Source: Entomortierella parvispora E1425 (lineage: Eukaryota; Fungi; Mortierellomycota). Taken from it: a stretch of DNA of 64,000 nt. The DNA is taken from positions 2,418,001-2,482,000 of the forward strand of contig BQFW01000013.1 in the NCBI GenBank assembly GCA_020891255.1. Reading direction: 5' to 3'. A program made the translations under genes and the position numbers. Shown here one piece after another: positions 12,322 to 25,100 of this stretch (position 1 is its first letter; every line of letters begins with the position of its first letter). The notes beneath the pieces were generated by a model. That model saw only the letters and a list, made by a program, of their open reading frames with translations, had not been told where the DNA came from and ran no database searches.

Positions 12322-15100
12322 GGCTCCAGGACAATCCACGCCTTAATTACGTCACCGGTTGGCTCTCATTGGCTGGGCTACAGTTGGCCCATCATACCTT
12401 CTTCCTATATAGCCCACCAAGCTCCCCACGCTCCTCATTACACGTTATCAGCGACAACCCTTCGCACCATTACACATCTACATCGTTTTCCGCTCATCAC
12501 CTTTTATCATCTGCTCTTTTACTCATCCTCCAAATCGTGCCTCTAATGGGTTTACAAGGTTGATTCCCCTTTTTGCGCAAAAGGGCTATGATGAACCTTC
12601 TGTCATTTATCCCTCCAACGTGAAGTCAACTATGACCGATCGTACAAAACGTCTTGATGTACTGTCGTTTTACTCTATCATCCGCAACGCATACTCTTTT
12701 AAGGCACCCGAAGAAGCGCACCAGGTCCTTGAAGCAAACTTTTTGCGTTATGGCGGGAAGGATAGACTCATTCTTTACATTGATGGTGGCGCAGCGGTGG
12801 AGAAAGAAGAGACAGCAAAAAAACGAAGGGCCAACCGTGACAAATCCGCGGAAAAATGCTACAAGAACCTTGACGCACTCGAGCAACGAGTCATCAACAA
12901 CCAAAAGGCTAGGAAGCGACATTTTGTCGATGTCAAGAAGAGCCTTGCATCACTTTTCTATTGGCCATCCTCAGTTCGCCAAGAATTCATCGACTACCTG
13001 CTTAAGGCTGGATGGACTGTTCGGATATGTGAAACAGAGGCTGATGTTGCCATCGTAGCGGACTGCCGGCCAGAAGATATCGGTTGACAGTGGCGTGCTT
13101 GCATATGGCACTATCTACACGCTCTGGCGACCCATCTCTCGTGGACTTCATCTAGCCTATAGTCGCGCAGACGTTTGCCAGACTCTTGGATTGTCATCTG
13201 CTCAGCTCACGGCGCTTTCTTGTGTGGTGTCAAATGACTACGGTAAGAACATCTCTTCGCTTGGTCCAGTCACCAGCCTTTCTGTCGTCATGAACATCAA
13301 GGGCGAAGGTACGAAACAAATGAGATGACTGTGATGTCTTGATTTGACATCCAGTTCAAACGCTAAACAATAACTGTCGTTTTTAGATCCCAGGTCGATT
13401 GTGTCGGAATATCTGGATCACGAGCGTGTCCAATTCAAAAACACCTGCGACAAGACATTTGAATTCGCTCTTCGAGTCTTTGCGGACCGGCTGCATACGC
13501 CAAGCACTTGTCAGATATTAGATTCTGCCTACTCTTTCTTTATCGCTCTTCGCCAAAGATTTATGGACCTCTGTAAACGATATCAACAAAACAGTACAGA
13601 AGTCCCCAAATAGCAGGAGGTAAAGCCTATTTAACAGCTCAAGATTCAAGATATGAAAGGAAATGAGCCAATTTTTGTATTCATCGTACTGTTTTGATAT
13701 CTATAGCAACTCCATGGATATCATTCGGTTGCGATCATCGTCAACCAGCAACCGCTACAAGACGGTAGAGTCACTTGCAATACAGCACTCTAGCCTGACA
13801 CGAACAAGTATCATCATGCCGCCTCCGGTTGAGCAGCCTCAAGACTCGTCCATCTCTCCCGACTCTAATGTTGCCTCGACTTTACGACGCCCGTTGTCAC
13901 ACAGCAACCGGACAGGAGAGGCACTACACCCAGCACAGCACTTCAATGAACACGAACCCCTCGCCATCAGCCAAGATACTCGTTCAAGTCAAGGAAACGG
14001 ACTCAGGTGCATCCACGACCCCCAATGATGAAGTAGTTTGCATACAAACCATACAAGGAGCCTGAGACTAAGCGCAAAAGGCAGATATCCGCTCCAAAGG
14101 ATCCACCCACTTTGAAGACCTTGTCAAAATCAACGGCTGCAACGGACAAACTGGCGATAACTCGACATTTGGCCTATCACCACCCAACAAGTTCATTGAG
14201 CATTGGTACTCTGAAGGCAAATATCGGACATTCAGGGAGCGACAAGCGAGGCAGCTCGAGTGAAGCGCGAAACTCAGAGACTGATTGGCTGCTATATCGA
14301 AAAACTGGACAAAATTGGAATCGACCACATCAGCTCTGTAGACAAGGAAATCCTGCGCCACCTCTGTCAACCTCTTAGTATGGAGGACGTGAAGGATACT
14401 GACAACATTGCTGCGGATGAGGAAGACGACAACCAGATCAACGGTCTTGTGAACGCTGAGCTTGATCCCGACGATGGAGAACCTGAAGTAGAGAGCGATG
14501 ACAGTGACTTGCAGCCACCAAGCACGAGCACAACAAAAAAAAAAAGAAAGATGACAAGGTGCAGGCACCATTTATCTGGAGCTTTCTACGAGTAGTGTAC
14601 TCTGGAAAACGACCGAGACCCTCTTCCATGGGGGACAAGGTCAATGCATTTATCGATCGGCTCACGGAACTTGGAATCTACGTCTCGCCGTCCGTTGATA
14701 TCAACGAATCAAACATGCCCTTTACTCCCACGGATCTTGTGCGCTCAATGGCCACGCAGCTGAAGGCTGAGCTTGAAAGATGTATAAGCATGGGACCTGC
14801 ATAATTCACAACAGGTAAGACGTGAAGAATATCTGAGAATACCTTGATATCCATTATGCTAACCATAACCACGTTTCCGATCTATTTATTCTAGCTCAAG
14901 AAGGCTAAGGATCTCGGGATTTTGGATGCAAACACACAGATACTCATTCTAGATGCCGTCTCCGCAGTTGAAAACTACGTTTCGCTCAAGAAGTTGATCC
15001 AACAGCCCCGGAGAATCGCTCGTATGACATCAGTAGAGCAGCCATTTGGTTCACTGAGCGTGAACTGGCCGGGTTCTTCATGAAGAGCGGGGGAAAGCTC
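12322..15100 (+). mobile_element. XPG/FEN1-like PIN-nuclease-encoding repeated element, copy 1; pseudogenised and 3'-truncated
   Basis: ATG at 12546: MGLQG*FP (TGG>TGA), LDVLSF, LYIDGGAAVEK, ETEADVAI, ..DSG/DSD, CVVSNDY.KNI..LG (H3TH). Contains stops and frameshifts. The 5' region from ggctccaggacaatccacgcc is shared with 60095-61059. The coding trace stops abruptly at 15100, where the 6053-type repeat begins. Confidence 0.75.
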
Positions 15101-15415
15101 GCCGGGTGTCAGCTGGTACTTTGTTCGAACTTGGTCACTCTTGAGTCTATCATCACCGCCGAGTTTTGAAGGACGACTGGACTCATGCTTCAGTGCAGAG
15201 GACGCGTTCTTGTGCGACGGAAAGCAGCCTTTGCCCTTTTGCTTTGTCACGCATCGCCTTGTGGTTGGTTGTACAGATTCCGTCATCATGTTCTGAGAGA
15301 CTCGCCTTCGCCAGGTTAGCCTCCAAGAGCAGGATGCAAGGGTCTCCAGTATTTGTCAATCACTGATGTAAGGGGGCAATCAATGAAAGAAGAATGCAAG
15401 TAATCGAGGAATGCA
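15101..15415. repeat. Dispersed repeat, copy 2
   Basis: Matches 6053-6374. Confidence 0.9.
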
Positions 15416-15601
15416 TTTAATTTTTGCCCCGCGGGATTGGGTTGCCGCATTTCGTTTTGTCCAGTTGCTATGTCCACGATCAATGTGTGCCCGACGGTAT
15501 CCCTTTCTGTCCCTGCCGCAAGCGCATATGTGCCTGATCTACTTTACGCATCTGTGCCAGAAAAAAGATAAAGATTCATTTTTTATTGTCTATGGATTCC
15601 T

Positions 15602-17847
15602 CTAAGCACGGTCCTTGCCCTTGTTGATATCTTGGCGATGCCCCTCCCCCCGGAGCCGGTCCAAGAAAGAACCCAAGCTGCTTCGACGACTGCCCCCCTT
15701 CTGGGGTGGCGCTTGTTCGACATCGACCGCATCGTCATAGTATTCGGTTTGAATAATACGTTTCACCCAAACAATATCCTCTCCAGGTGCCACTTGTGGA
15801 AGAGGACCGCTGTACCCGACAGGGACATCCGTCACAAATCTGCCTCCGATCGATGATGGGTCGTAGGACGATCCCTGAGCAGTAAAGTCAGAGATTTCTC
15901 CCCCAGAGGAATAAGACTGGCTGTGGGTAGTGGTGTTTTGGTATTGGCCATTCTCTAGCACGGTTTGACCGACGTTGCCGGTTCCTTTGCCCTTGGCCGA
16001 GTTGACATTCACCCTGTTCTCGCCATAAAGATCCGAACCTTGAAGGCCAGGCGTTCCTGATCCTTGAAGACCTGATCCATGAATTTCAGCTCCAGGAGGA
16101 TCCGCTGAATTGGCAGCAAGAGTATCAACCCCAGAGGCACCAGCGACTCCTGCAGCCGCAACCTCTCCCGCGCGGCTGCTCCCATCATGGTGACTAGCTT
16201 CAGCAAGGTGGAGACTTGAGGTAGCTTGTCCGTCCACGTTCATACCAGTCCTTGTGCGATCAGTAGAACCGGCCTTGTCCACATGAATGGCTGACCTTTC
16301 TTCGTGAGCAGGGTGCTCTAAAGACGTCGGTCCAACAGCTGACGACTTGGTATTGCGATTGTCGACATTCAGTCCAGAGGCGGACGGTCTGCGGTAGTGG
16401 CTAGCATGACTTTGCTCCTCTCCATCTTTGCTATCGCCGCTTGCATTGACGCCAGTTTCGTCGGAGGCGCCGGCACCGGTGGCCTTATTCTTGAAAGGGA
16501 CGCTTTGGTCGTGGACATGAACATCATGACCATCATGTGGGTGATCCGCCAGAGGGGTCTTTCCATCCACATTAAGTCCACTGGATCGGCTGCCTCGGCG
16601 ACCGCCGTGAGAATCGCTTGGGTCTCCTACCATACGAGGAACATCCACGCCCATACTTGAATGAGATCCTGCGGACGCGCTGGTGCGCGAAACTGAGGGC
16701 TGGTCCACGTTCATTCCTTGCTGAGGCGTGCTGCTGGGGTCGCGACCAGCCACATACATCGTTTTGAGCGTTTTGGACGAGGGAACTCCTAGTGCAGAAT
16801 TTTGCGTTGCGGATTTTTGCGATGCTTCGGACAATGGACCATCACCTGGTGAGTTCTATATGGGGCAAGCGCCATAGAAACAGAAAGTGGGGTTAGTCAC
16901 GATTGAAACTTGCACGGTTCATAATATGGAAAAAGTAAAAAGTCAAACAGGCACGGTTTTACCTGTCCCATGCCTCCAGAGGATGCTGTGATTCGATCAG
17001 CTCCTGAGGATGACATATGCGAGGCGGCGTTTCCTGACTGAGAAGGGTCTTTTTGGCGACCGTTGTCGGGGTTGGATCCATCTCCGGCGACACCGCTCTT
17101 GAGCGCCGATCCGGACGCTGATTCTGCTCCTGACCTTGATTCTGCTCCTGCTCCTGCAACTAGCCCTACACCTGCACCTGCACCTGCAGCTAGCCCTACA
17201 CCTGCCTCCGAGATTTCGCGGGTCTCAGATGTAGCTGTCAAAGAGCCAGCAGCATGACTAGAGCTAGCTCCAGATGTAGCTGCCAACGAGCCAACAGAAT
17301 GACTAGAACTACTAGCTCCATTCGATGACGACTTTTTTTTGCGAGTCAAGGATAGACGCCTTTGAGAAAACTCGAGACCGTGGTGGTCGGAACCAACAGG
17401 GTGCAAGAAAGAGGGCAGAACGCTGCTACTGCGGGCCTCTGGCTCGCCATGAAGAGTCTCTACTTTGCGTTCGTCATCTAGGGCGTCCTCATCGTCGTGG
17501 AGAACCAGTCGGCGAGCAGCATGTACGACGGAAGCAGCACCTGCGAGAACAGTATCGGTCATGGATGGTTTCCTGGCATGGGTGGAAGTAGTTTTTGCAG
17601 TGGTAGTAGCGGCGGAGACGGAAGAAGGACCGCCGTTCTCTACATTGCCACTGTCGTAGGGGACGGGGGTGCTAGCACGAAGAGTAGAGGAGGAAGAGGT
17701 GGAGTTTGACTGTGCAGAGTTGCCTTGGTAAGTAGGTTGACCTTCAATCGCGTCGTTAAAGTCGGATGTGGCGGAGACGGGATCCAGCGGGTTGAGCTTG
17801 TTGACGATAGACGCAGGGTCGCCATCGACCGCGTTGATGGTGTCCAT
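15602..17847 (-). CDS. Low-complexity Ser/Gly/Ala-rich, probably disordered protein of about 712 aa; 2 exons
   Basis: Exon 1 (17847-16963) and exon 2 (16855-15602) join in phase 0 through a GTAAAA...CTAAC...TAG intron. Internal repeats (GLNVD/GMNVD, AAGVG/AGAG). Confidence 0.75.
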
Positions 17848-18194
17848 GGTTAGATAGAATTATGTGTGGAGCGAGTTGTGAGTGGGGTTGTATTAGAGAG
17901 AAGAGATGCGAAGAGGCAGGAGAGGAGAAAGAAAGGCAGTGGTGCAGACAAAAAAAAAATGTTCTCGCGGTTTCACGAGATTTAAACGCGTGAGCGGTGA
18001 CTGCCCTATCAGGAAAGGGTGCGCCACCAATCTTGACTTGCACCTGCACCTGCAGATGCCATGTCTCTTTTCCCTCTTGGTTTGCTTCTTGTTTGTTCAA
18101 GCACACATACTCTTTCTGCATCAGCACCCCTCCCCTATCTCCTTTTTCTTTTGCCGTCCGAGGACACAAGCTAGCCATCATTCCGTACCATACC

Positions 18195-18551
18195 ATGTCG
18201 AGCGCAACGCTCAACGGCAAAATCGTCTCTGCCAGTGGAGGGGGAGGAGCTGGGCCACAGTCCAAGATCACTGTGCATCTGCTCGACATCAGTCTGCCAG
18301 ACCGTGGGTCATCGTCCTTGGGCGGCCAAATCATCTTGACAGGCGCACGGGGGCGGCCGTTCCCGATCTCGTTCAAGATCCCGTACGACACGCGACAGCT
18401 CAATCCCTCGAATCGATACTCTGTCTCTGTCCGTATTGAGGATGTGGGTGGCGACCAGCGGTTGCGCTGGATCTCGACCACGCACAGCCGCGTGTTGACA
18501 TTCGGTCACCCGGTCGACAACATCACCGTGGCCGTGTCTGCGATCCCTTGA
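18195..18551 (+). CDS. YbaY/YscW-like (pilotin-type) small beta-sandwich protein, lacking a lipoprotein signal
   Basis: 118 aa, intronless: LNGKI...ITVHLLDISLPD..S..LG.Q.I......FPISFKIPYD...LNPSNRYSVSVRIE...LRWISTT...VLT. This matches the YbaY pattern as I recall it. Confidence 0.75.
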   Translation: MSSATLNGKIVSASGGGGAGPQSKITVHLLDISLPDRGSSSLGGQIILTGARGRPFPISFKIPYDTRQLNPSNRYSVSVRIEDVGGDQRLRWISTTHSRVLTFGHPVDNITVAVSAIP

Positions 18552-18928
18552 TGTGATGCACGTTTGAGCAGCGAGCAAAGTAGGGGGAGTGATCATGTCG
18601 TGTCATGTAGTCATAATAATAACCGTTGTCTAGATGAGATGCCAAATGCCATGTTGTGTGTGCAACCTGGACTGTGCACCGTTGCGAGGAGGAGGAGTGG
18701 GGAATGAGAGCGGACATGCAATTACGTGCGGAAAAAGGGAGAAAGTGACGGAGCCACAAAAAAGAGGGTGTGCCCACTGAAACAGGGCAGAGACAGAGAG
18801 GCCGGATGGTCATCGCCCGAGAAAAGACACAGAAAACCCTCTTGTTCTTTTTGCTCTTTTGCTCTTGCTCTTCGGGCTGCCTTCTCTCCCCTCTCTTCTC
18901 TCCTCTCTTCTCTCTCCATCACCCCTAG

Positions 18929-18988
18929 CATCCATCCATCCATCCATCCATCCATCCATCCATCCATCCATCCATCCATCCATCCATC
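18929..18988. repeat. (CATC)n microsatellite, about 15 units
   Basis: Uninterrupted catc run about 140 bp upstream of the ATG at 19129. Confidence 0.95.
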
Positions 18989-19128
18989 CCTATGGAAATG
19001 GGCAGAATGATCCCCTAGTCTTGTGTCATTCTTTAATCTCTCTTCTTTGCATTCACTTCTTACCCCACTTTTATTCCTCCTGTCATCCGTCTCTCCTTCC
19101 ATCTCTCTCCCTTTAATAACATTACCCC

Positions 19129-22100
19129 ATGCCATTCTCGTCAAACCGGCGGAGGGACAAGGGCAAGGACAGCGCCAGTGACAAGGACGTTCCATCGTCC
19201 AAACGAAGTGGACTATCCCCTCCCCACCCAAAACGTCATTCTTTCGACTCGATCCACAACCCCTACCAGTCCTCATCGCACTCGAGTGCCATTCCCCGAG
19301 GCAATGGCCACCAGGCAATGTCCATCCCCATGCCCCCTCCCCCCTCCCTCTACTTTTCACTCCTTCCCAACAACAGCAGCTCTACTTCTCACTCTACCAA
19401 CAGCTCACCAAAACAGAGCCCTGCAGGCGTAGACCGACAGAGGAAACGGTCAAAGTCCACGAGCGCATTTCGTCTCCATGGTCTTACCCATTCCGACCCC
19501 ACAACGCCCACGATCGTGCTTTCCCCCATGACGCCGATTCTGCCCTCGACCTCAGCGTCGAATCCCAGTACTCCTAGCAGCGGTGCGGTCCAGTTTGCTG
19601 CAGGTGCAACGACTGCAGGACAAACAGTAACGGCTCCGCCCTCGCTGCACTCGGCGCACTACCATACCCACCACCATGCACCCCGCTCCACCTACCCCCT
19701 GTCTGTCACCCACTCTCGCCGTTCGAGCTTGTCGCACATGCAGCCTGGGCCTGTGCCGTCTATTGGCATTGGAAGCACAGACGGGCAAGATCGTCAAAAA
19801 CTAGGGTAAGGACCGTCCGAATATGCTATTGCGCTAAATCCAAACAGGGTCCGGATGAATGAACTTGTGTCACTCTGGAATATGCTGACAGCTCCCCTCC
19901 ACTCCCCTGCCTCCGCTTGTTTTATTTCTTCCACAAAAGGTTTTTCGACATGGCCATCTTTGATCCGTCTCCGGACCACCGTCCCAAGAGCGCTCGGTCC
20001 TCGGTCGACCATGAACGCACCAGTCATCGCATGACCGTCTCGAGACCGCCCTCGATAGAGTCCATCAACTCTGCCAACTCTGTCCCCTTTGCCCCTCCGC
20101 CGCCTCCGCCGCCCTCGGCCTGGAAGAGGTTTACAAACCATTTTTCAACAAGAGTCATCAAGCGTCATATCAAGTTCTTGGTCGCCCTGTACATTGCGTC
20201 CGTCATGGCTCTCGTGCCTCAGATTGGTACGCTCCTGGGTCCTTCTCCGTACCTAGCCAATGTGGCCGTGGTCTTCATGCACCCTGCGCGTACAGTTGGA
20301 TCTCAGCTCGAGGTGACCATCTTCAGTGTCCTGGGTGGCCTCCTAGCCGCAGTGTGGATCATCCCCTGTCAGGTTGCGGTGGCCGCTTTTAATCGGAGAT
20401 ATCTGGCAGGCGGGAATAATTCGGCATGGGCTATCAACGCCGCTTGGTTTTTTCTCGGAGTGTGGATCATGACTACCTTCAAGGCGCGCTATGCAAAGTT
20501 GAACTGTACCTTCATCATCTACACCATTGGCGGCATCTTTGCCTTGACCACGAGCCATACCATCTTGCAATTTGAGTTCAACGACTTTTGGTACCTGATG
20601 GGGCCCTTGATGTTGGGAGTGGCCATCTGTCTCGTTGTGAGTGTTCTTGTTTGGCCAGAGACTGCCAGTGAAGGACTTGGGTAAGTTCATTGTCCGTTTG
20701 GTTTGAGTCATGGATTGATCTTTTTTCTTGTACCATGCGCATGTATCTTTGGGAATTCGAGAATGTCATTTCCACCCTATGGTGTTTTATTAACCGTGGT
20801 CGCTCTTGCAAACAAATATGAATAGACGAGCCTTGAATGAATCGCTGGATACGTCTAGGGCGCTCTTGAATCTCAGTACTCGCTCTTTTCTGCTCAACCA
20901 CAAGACCATTGCCCTTCCAAAGTCCGCGATTGACAAAGCACAGGCCGAGGTCCGCACGGCTCAAAAGAAACTGTTTAGTGCCTACAGAGAAGCTCGATAT
21001 GAGGTGACGTATTCGTTGAACAACCCAGCCGACTACAAGGAGGTCCGTGTGATCCTGTCGGCCCTGATGCGACATCTTGGATCCATGAGTTTGGTCGTCC
21101 AGAATGAGCGTCTGTTGATGCTAGGTCACCCGGACAGAGATGACGAGGATCTCTTGACCCAAAGCGGAGGTGAGTCTTATTGCAGCAGCGGAAGCAGCAG
21201 TGAGAGTGACAGTGACGACGAGTCTGAAAGCGATCAGAGTCCATCGAGCCCGTCGGCTGAACGACAGGACAACAGGAGTGATTACTTTGGCAGCGCGGCC
21301 GCTCTTAGTCAAGAAGGTGGAGCAGACTCCAGGGGCCACCACTCTGGACATCATCATCACCGTCACCACCATCACCGCCACCACCATCACCGCCACCCCC
21401 ACAGAAAGTCACATCTTGCTGAGAGCCCCACCAGTGAAGATGAGTACATTACCCACCACAGGCGAATCCAAAGACGAGGAAGCGCAGCTGAGTTGCGTCG
21501 TATCCGACAACTACTCAAGAGAGCCGACAACTCGACACAGGCGGCCTTGAAGGCTCGACAGCAGAATGCTCAACGTCAGCAGAAGGAGCATTTGCAACAG
21601 GCCTTCCAGTTTGATCGGGGCGGTGTTTCTACTGCACCACCCACACCTGGTGGTCGTGGTGTGTTTAGTGTCTTTGGACACCACCAGAGCCACAGGAACA
21701 AAGGACCCCTGTCGATGAGCCATTATGCAGGAGGTGAAAACACAGACACCCCCTCCAGCGTGAACAGCCCTGACTCCTCCAGAGCCAACTCGATCCATGA
21801 AGAGCACAATCTGGAGACGGTCAAGAGTTTCAAGTCCTTGTTCTCAGTGCGCTCAGGATCCAAAAAAAAGTCCAGGAGTCGACCCGCGTCCTTGAAAGCT
21901 GGATTCAAATTGGGTCTTGGCAAGAGGAGGAAGGGCGAGAGTGCAAGTAACTGTCCTTCCGTTGAGATGCTCCCAGGCATTCCCCTTGGTGATACCCACT
22001 TTGCAACGCTCCCCACTCATCTCGACCAGAATACCGATAGGCGCTTGTCTGAATCCCGGCTTCGGAAAGCTGCCGAGGCCTTTAGAAAGAAGCGCGAAAA

Positions 22101-25100
22101 GGAGACCAAGCGCGAGCGCAAGCAGGCTGAAAAGTTGGTAAAGGCAGCGCAGGAGGCACAGGAGAAGGAGCAGCAGGCAGAAGCAGCAGCGCGAGCGATC
22201 CCACCCAAAGAAGTCGCTTTCGGTGATAGAAAGCTGTTCATGTCTTTTCTGGATATCGTCCGGGATCCTCTGCAGCGACTGAGTGACACTTGTTCTCGTG
22301 TCATGGTGGCCATGGAACGGGAATTGGTCACTGGAATGGATGTCGAGCAGGATCGATTAGAACGTCTCCGTCGACGGGATGCCCAACGTGCAGCGGCTGT
22401 CAAGGCAGCAGAGGCTCGACTTGCAGAAGAGGAACGCGCGGCGGCCGCTGGCACCAATCTTTGTGCCAACCATTCTGGTAATTCGTTGGAAGGAGAGGCT
22501 GCTCAAAAGTCTATGGACAGACCGACTGTCCTTGAACGGCTGAGGTCCGTTGCTGGCATCAACTCCAGCCATCTGACCAAGGAGGACATGGAGTACGCAG
22601 AGGCGATCAAATCTGGGATGCAAAAGAAGGCAAAGGCCACAAAGTTGCGATTGATGGCCGATACAGTGCATCCCAACAAGTTTTTGAATACGAACAAGCA
22701 AAGGACTACCACATCCTCTGGTGTGGAGGAAGACGAGTTTGTGTTGCCTGTGGGCATGTCGTATGTCCAGTACCTGACGCAGGAACTCAAGGTCTTTGAC
22801 GAAGCTGAAGCCAAAGGACTGCGGGATTTCATTTCGACACATCCAACCCTGGATGTCGGCCCTCGAGAGGAGATCTTTTTGATCTTTTTCTTTTTGTTTG
22901 CGCTGCGAGAGATTGCGCGCGAATTGCTTCGCCTTGGAACGTATATTGAGGAGCTGGAGGAGAAATCACGCGTGTCCATGGAAGAAGCAGGACGCACCAA
23001 GAGACGCAAACAACTTTGGTGGCCCAAGGTCATGGGCAACTTTTGGCACTGGTTCGCTTGGGGCAACTACACTCAGGTCAAGACCAGTGAGGGTTACAAT
23101 GCGGTGATCTTGAACACGACCAAGAACTTGGAACACCGCCAGCCAAGGACGGTCGAGGAGGAAAAAGTGGTGGTGGAGGCCAAGGCTGCCAAGGCTGCGG
23201 CCGAAAAAGCTGCAGCGGCGGAAACTCTTAAGACGGCCTCTGATAAGAGGCACCGGAGACGACATTCCGAAATGTGGGACTTGGCTCCCCTCCGTCGGTC
23301 GGCTACCCTTTCGGCTATGATCCATCGAGGTGGTCATGCGCCTGACCTTGAGCAAGGACTGGGAGGTCAATTTACCGACAACCATCAAAAGCACCAGCTC
23401 AAGGGAGTGCTTAGGCGCAGTAGTGGAGGCCGATCGCGCTCCAGCTCGCACGGACCCATTGACGGCTCCAAGACTCGTCGCCATCATAGCAATGAGAATA
23501 TCTCTGAGGGCCTGGCGTTGTCGTCCGATCGTGGTCGAAGCCGCTTATCGGATCAGGAAGCTCCTCCAAAGACTGTGGATCTTGGGGATCCAAGTGTCAT
23601 GGGACCTAGGGAGGTTTTAGGAGGCGATTCAGACGACGAAGCTAGAGGTCGTTCCTCCCATGTTGCCGTCACAAGCGACAAGGGCATTCAACGGTATACG
23701 GTTGTCGATATTCCAGAGTATGGATCGTTGAAGCGTAAAGGAAAACAGGAACAGGAACTTCAATACTTCGAAAACTCCAACCAGGTGGAACTTTTGCCAA
23801 GGCTGAACATTGTGAAGACCAACAGGACCGCGCCACCCGATATGGTTGGAGGGTCCAGGACAAGCAGGTCTGGATCCGGAGATCGACGCGAGACCATCCT
23901 TGCAGCCCCATCTTCGATGCATCAGGATCGCTACCCTTCGTTTGCAAGCAGCACCTCACCCGCATTGATCTATAGACGACGAACGTCCGATATAGCCGCC
24001 ATGGCCAGCAATGGCAAAACTCTGGACAAGGACGAGAGTGCACATTCCTCGGGCAGTGATCGACCCGGTCAACTTTCCAGACATACCAGTGAACGGTCTG
24101 GGATCAAATCTAGGACGCAGAGTCTTTTTGCCGCGTTCAGTCGACATGCACACGATTCCGACTCTGAAGAATCGTCCAAGAAAGCGAAAGCGGAGCCAGA
24201 ACCCCGGAAGATCTTTATGAACGTCCGTAAACCAAAGACGTGGCGTTACCGAGCCTGGGAGTTTTTGCAGCCGTTCAAGTCGGAAGAGTTCAAGTTTGGC
24301 TTCAAGATGGCGGTGGCTCTCACTTTTATTGGTCTTTGGTCCTGGTTGCAGTGGAACAATGTCGCATTGGCGACGGATCGTGGTCAGTGGGCCATGATGA
24401 CGGTCATGGCTGTTCTTTCGCCGACAGTGGGTGCCACGTTCAGTGTTTGTGCGATGCGTATTGGTGGCACATTGGCGGGAACGCTCTGGGCGCTCTTGAC
24501 GTATCTGGCTCTTCCCAGGAACCCTTGGGTGATTTGCGCCATGATGCTTATTATCGGTAGGAATGCCGTTTGTTTAAGATGGATGAGGGCTATTATAGGT
24601 ATTTGGATGACTGACTGAAGGAGTTTTTTTTTTCTTTGCTATTTTCTTCTAGCCTTTGTGGGTATCTTTTTGATTCTGGAAACAAGCCATCCCAAGCTTG
24701 GTATTATTATGTTGCTATCGTACTCGTCCATCACCTTTATCATGTATGAGGGTAATTCGTCGGAAACTATCTACCAGGTATGTTACAAGCGAGCCATAAC
24801 AGTGATCGTTGGTATCATTGTCTCTGTCATCATGAACACATTCCTGTGGCCGATCCTGGCGCGTCGCCAGCTCCGAAAAGAGATTGCGATCTTGATTGGT
24901 CGTCAGGGCGTCTTGTTTGCAGAGATTGTCAACAAGTTTTTATTGGAGGATCCTCCAGAGACCACAGAGGATGGTCAGGCCGGGGTCCGGAACTGGATTG
25001 AGGATCCTTATGGCGACGGTGAAGAGTCTTCGCTCGAGGAGGAGGAGGACAAGGAGATTGAGCTCAAGTATGCAGGAAAGTCGGATCCCTTCCAAAATAC

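Noticed and set aside
18722-19360. 212-aa minus-strand ORF with (MDGW)n
   Set aside because: Product of the (CATC)n microsatellite and antisense to the real gene start.
21121-24220. Numerous minus-strand and alternative-frame ORFs
   Set aside because: Shadows of the long plus-strand FUSC/ArAE exon; the same applies to antisense ORFs over CRN, HMGR, START and NACHT.
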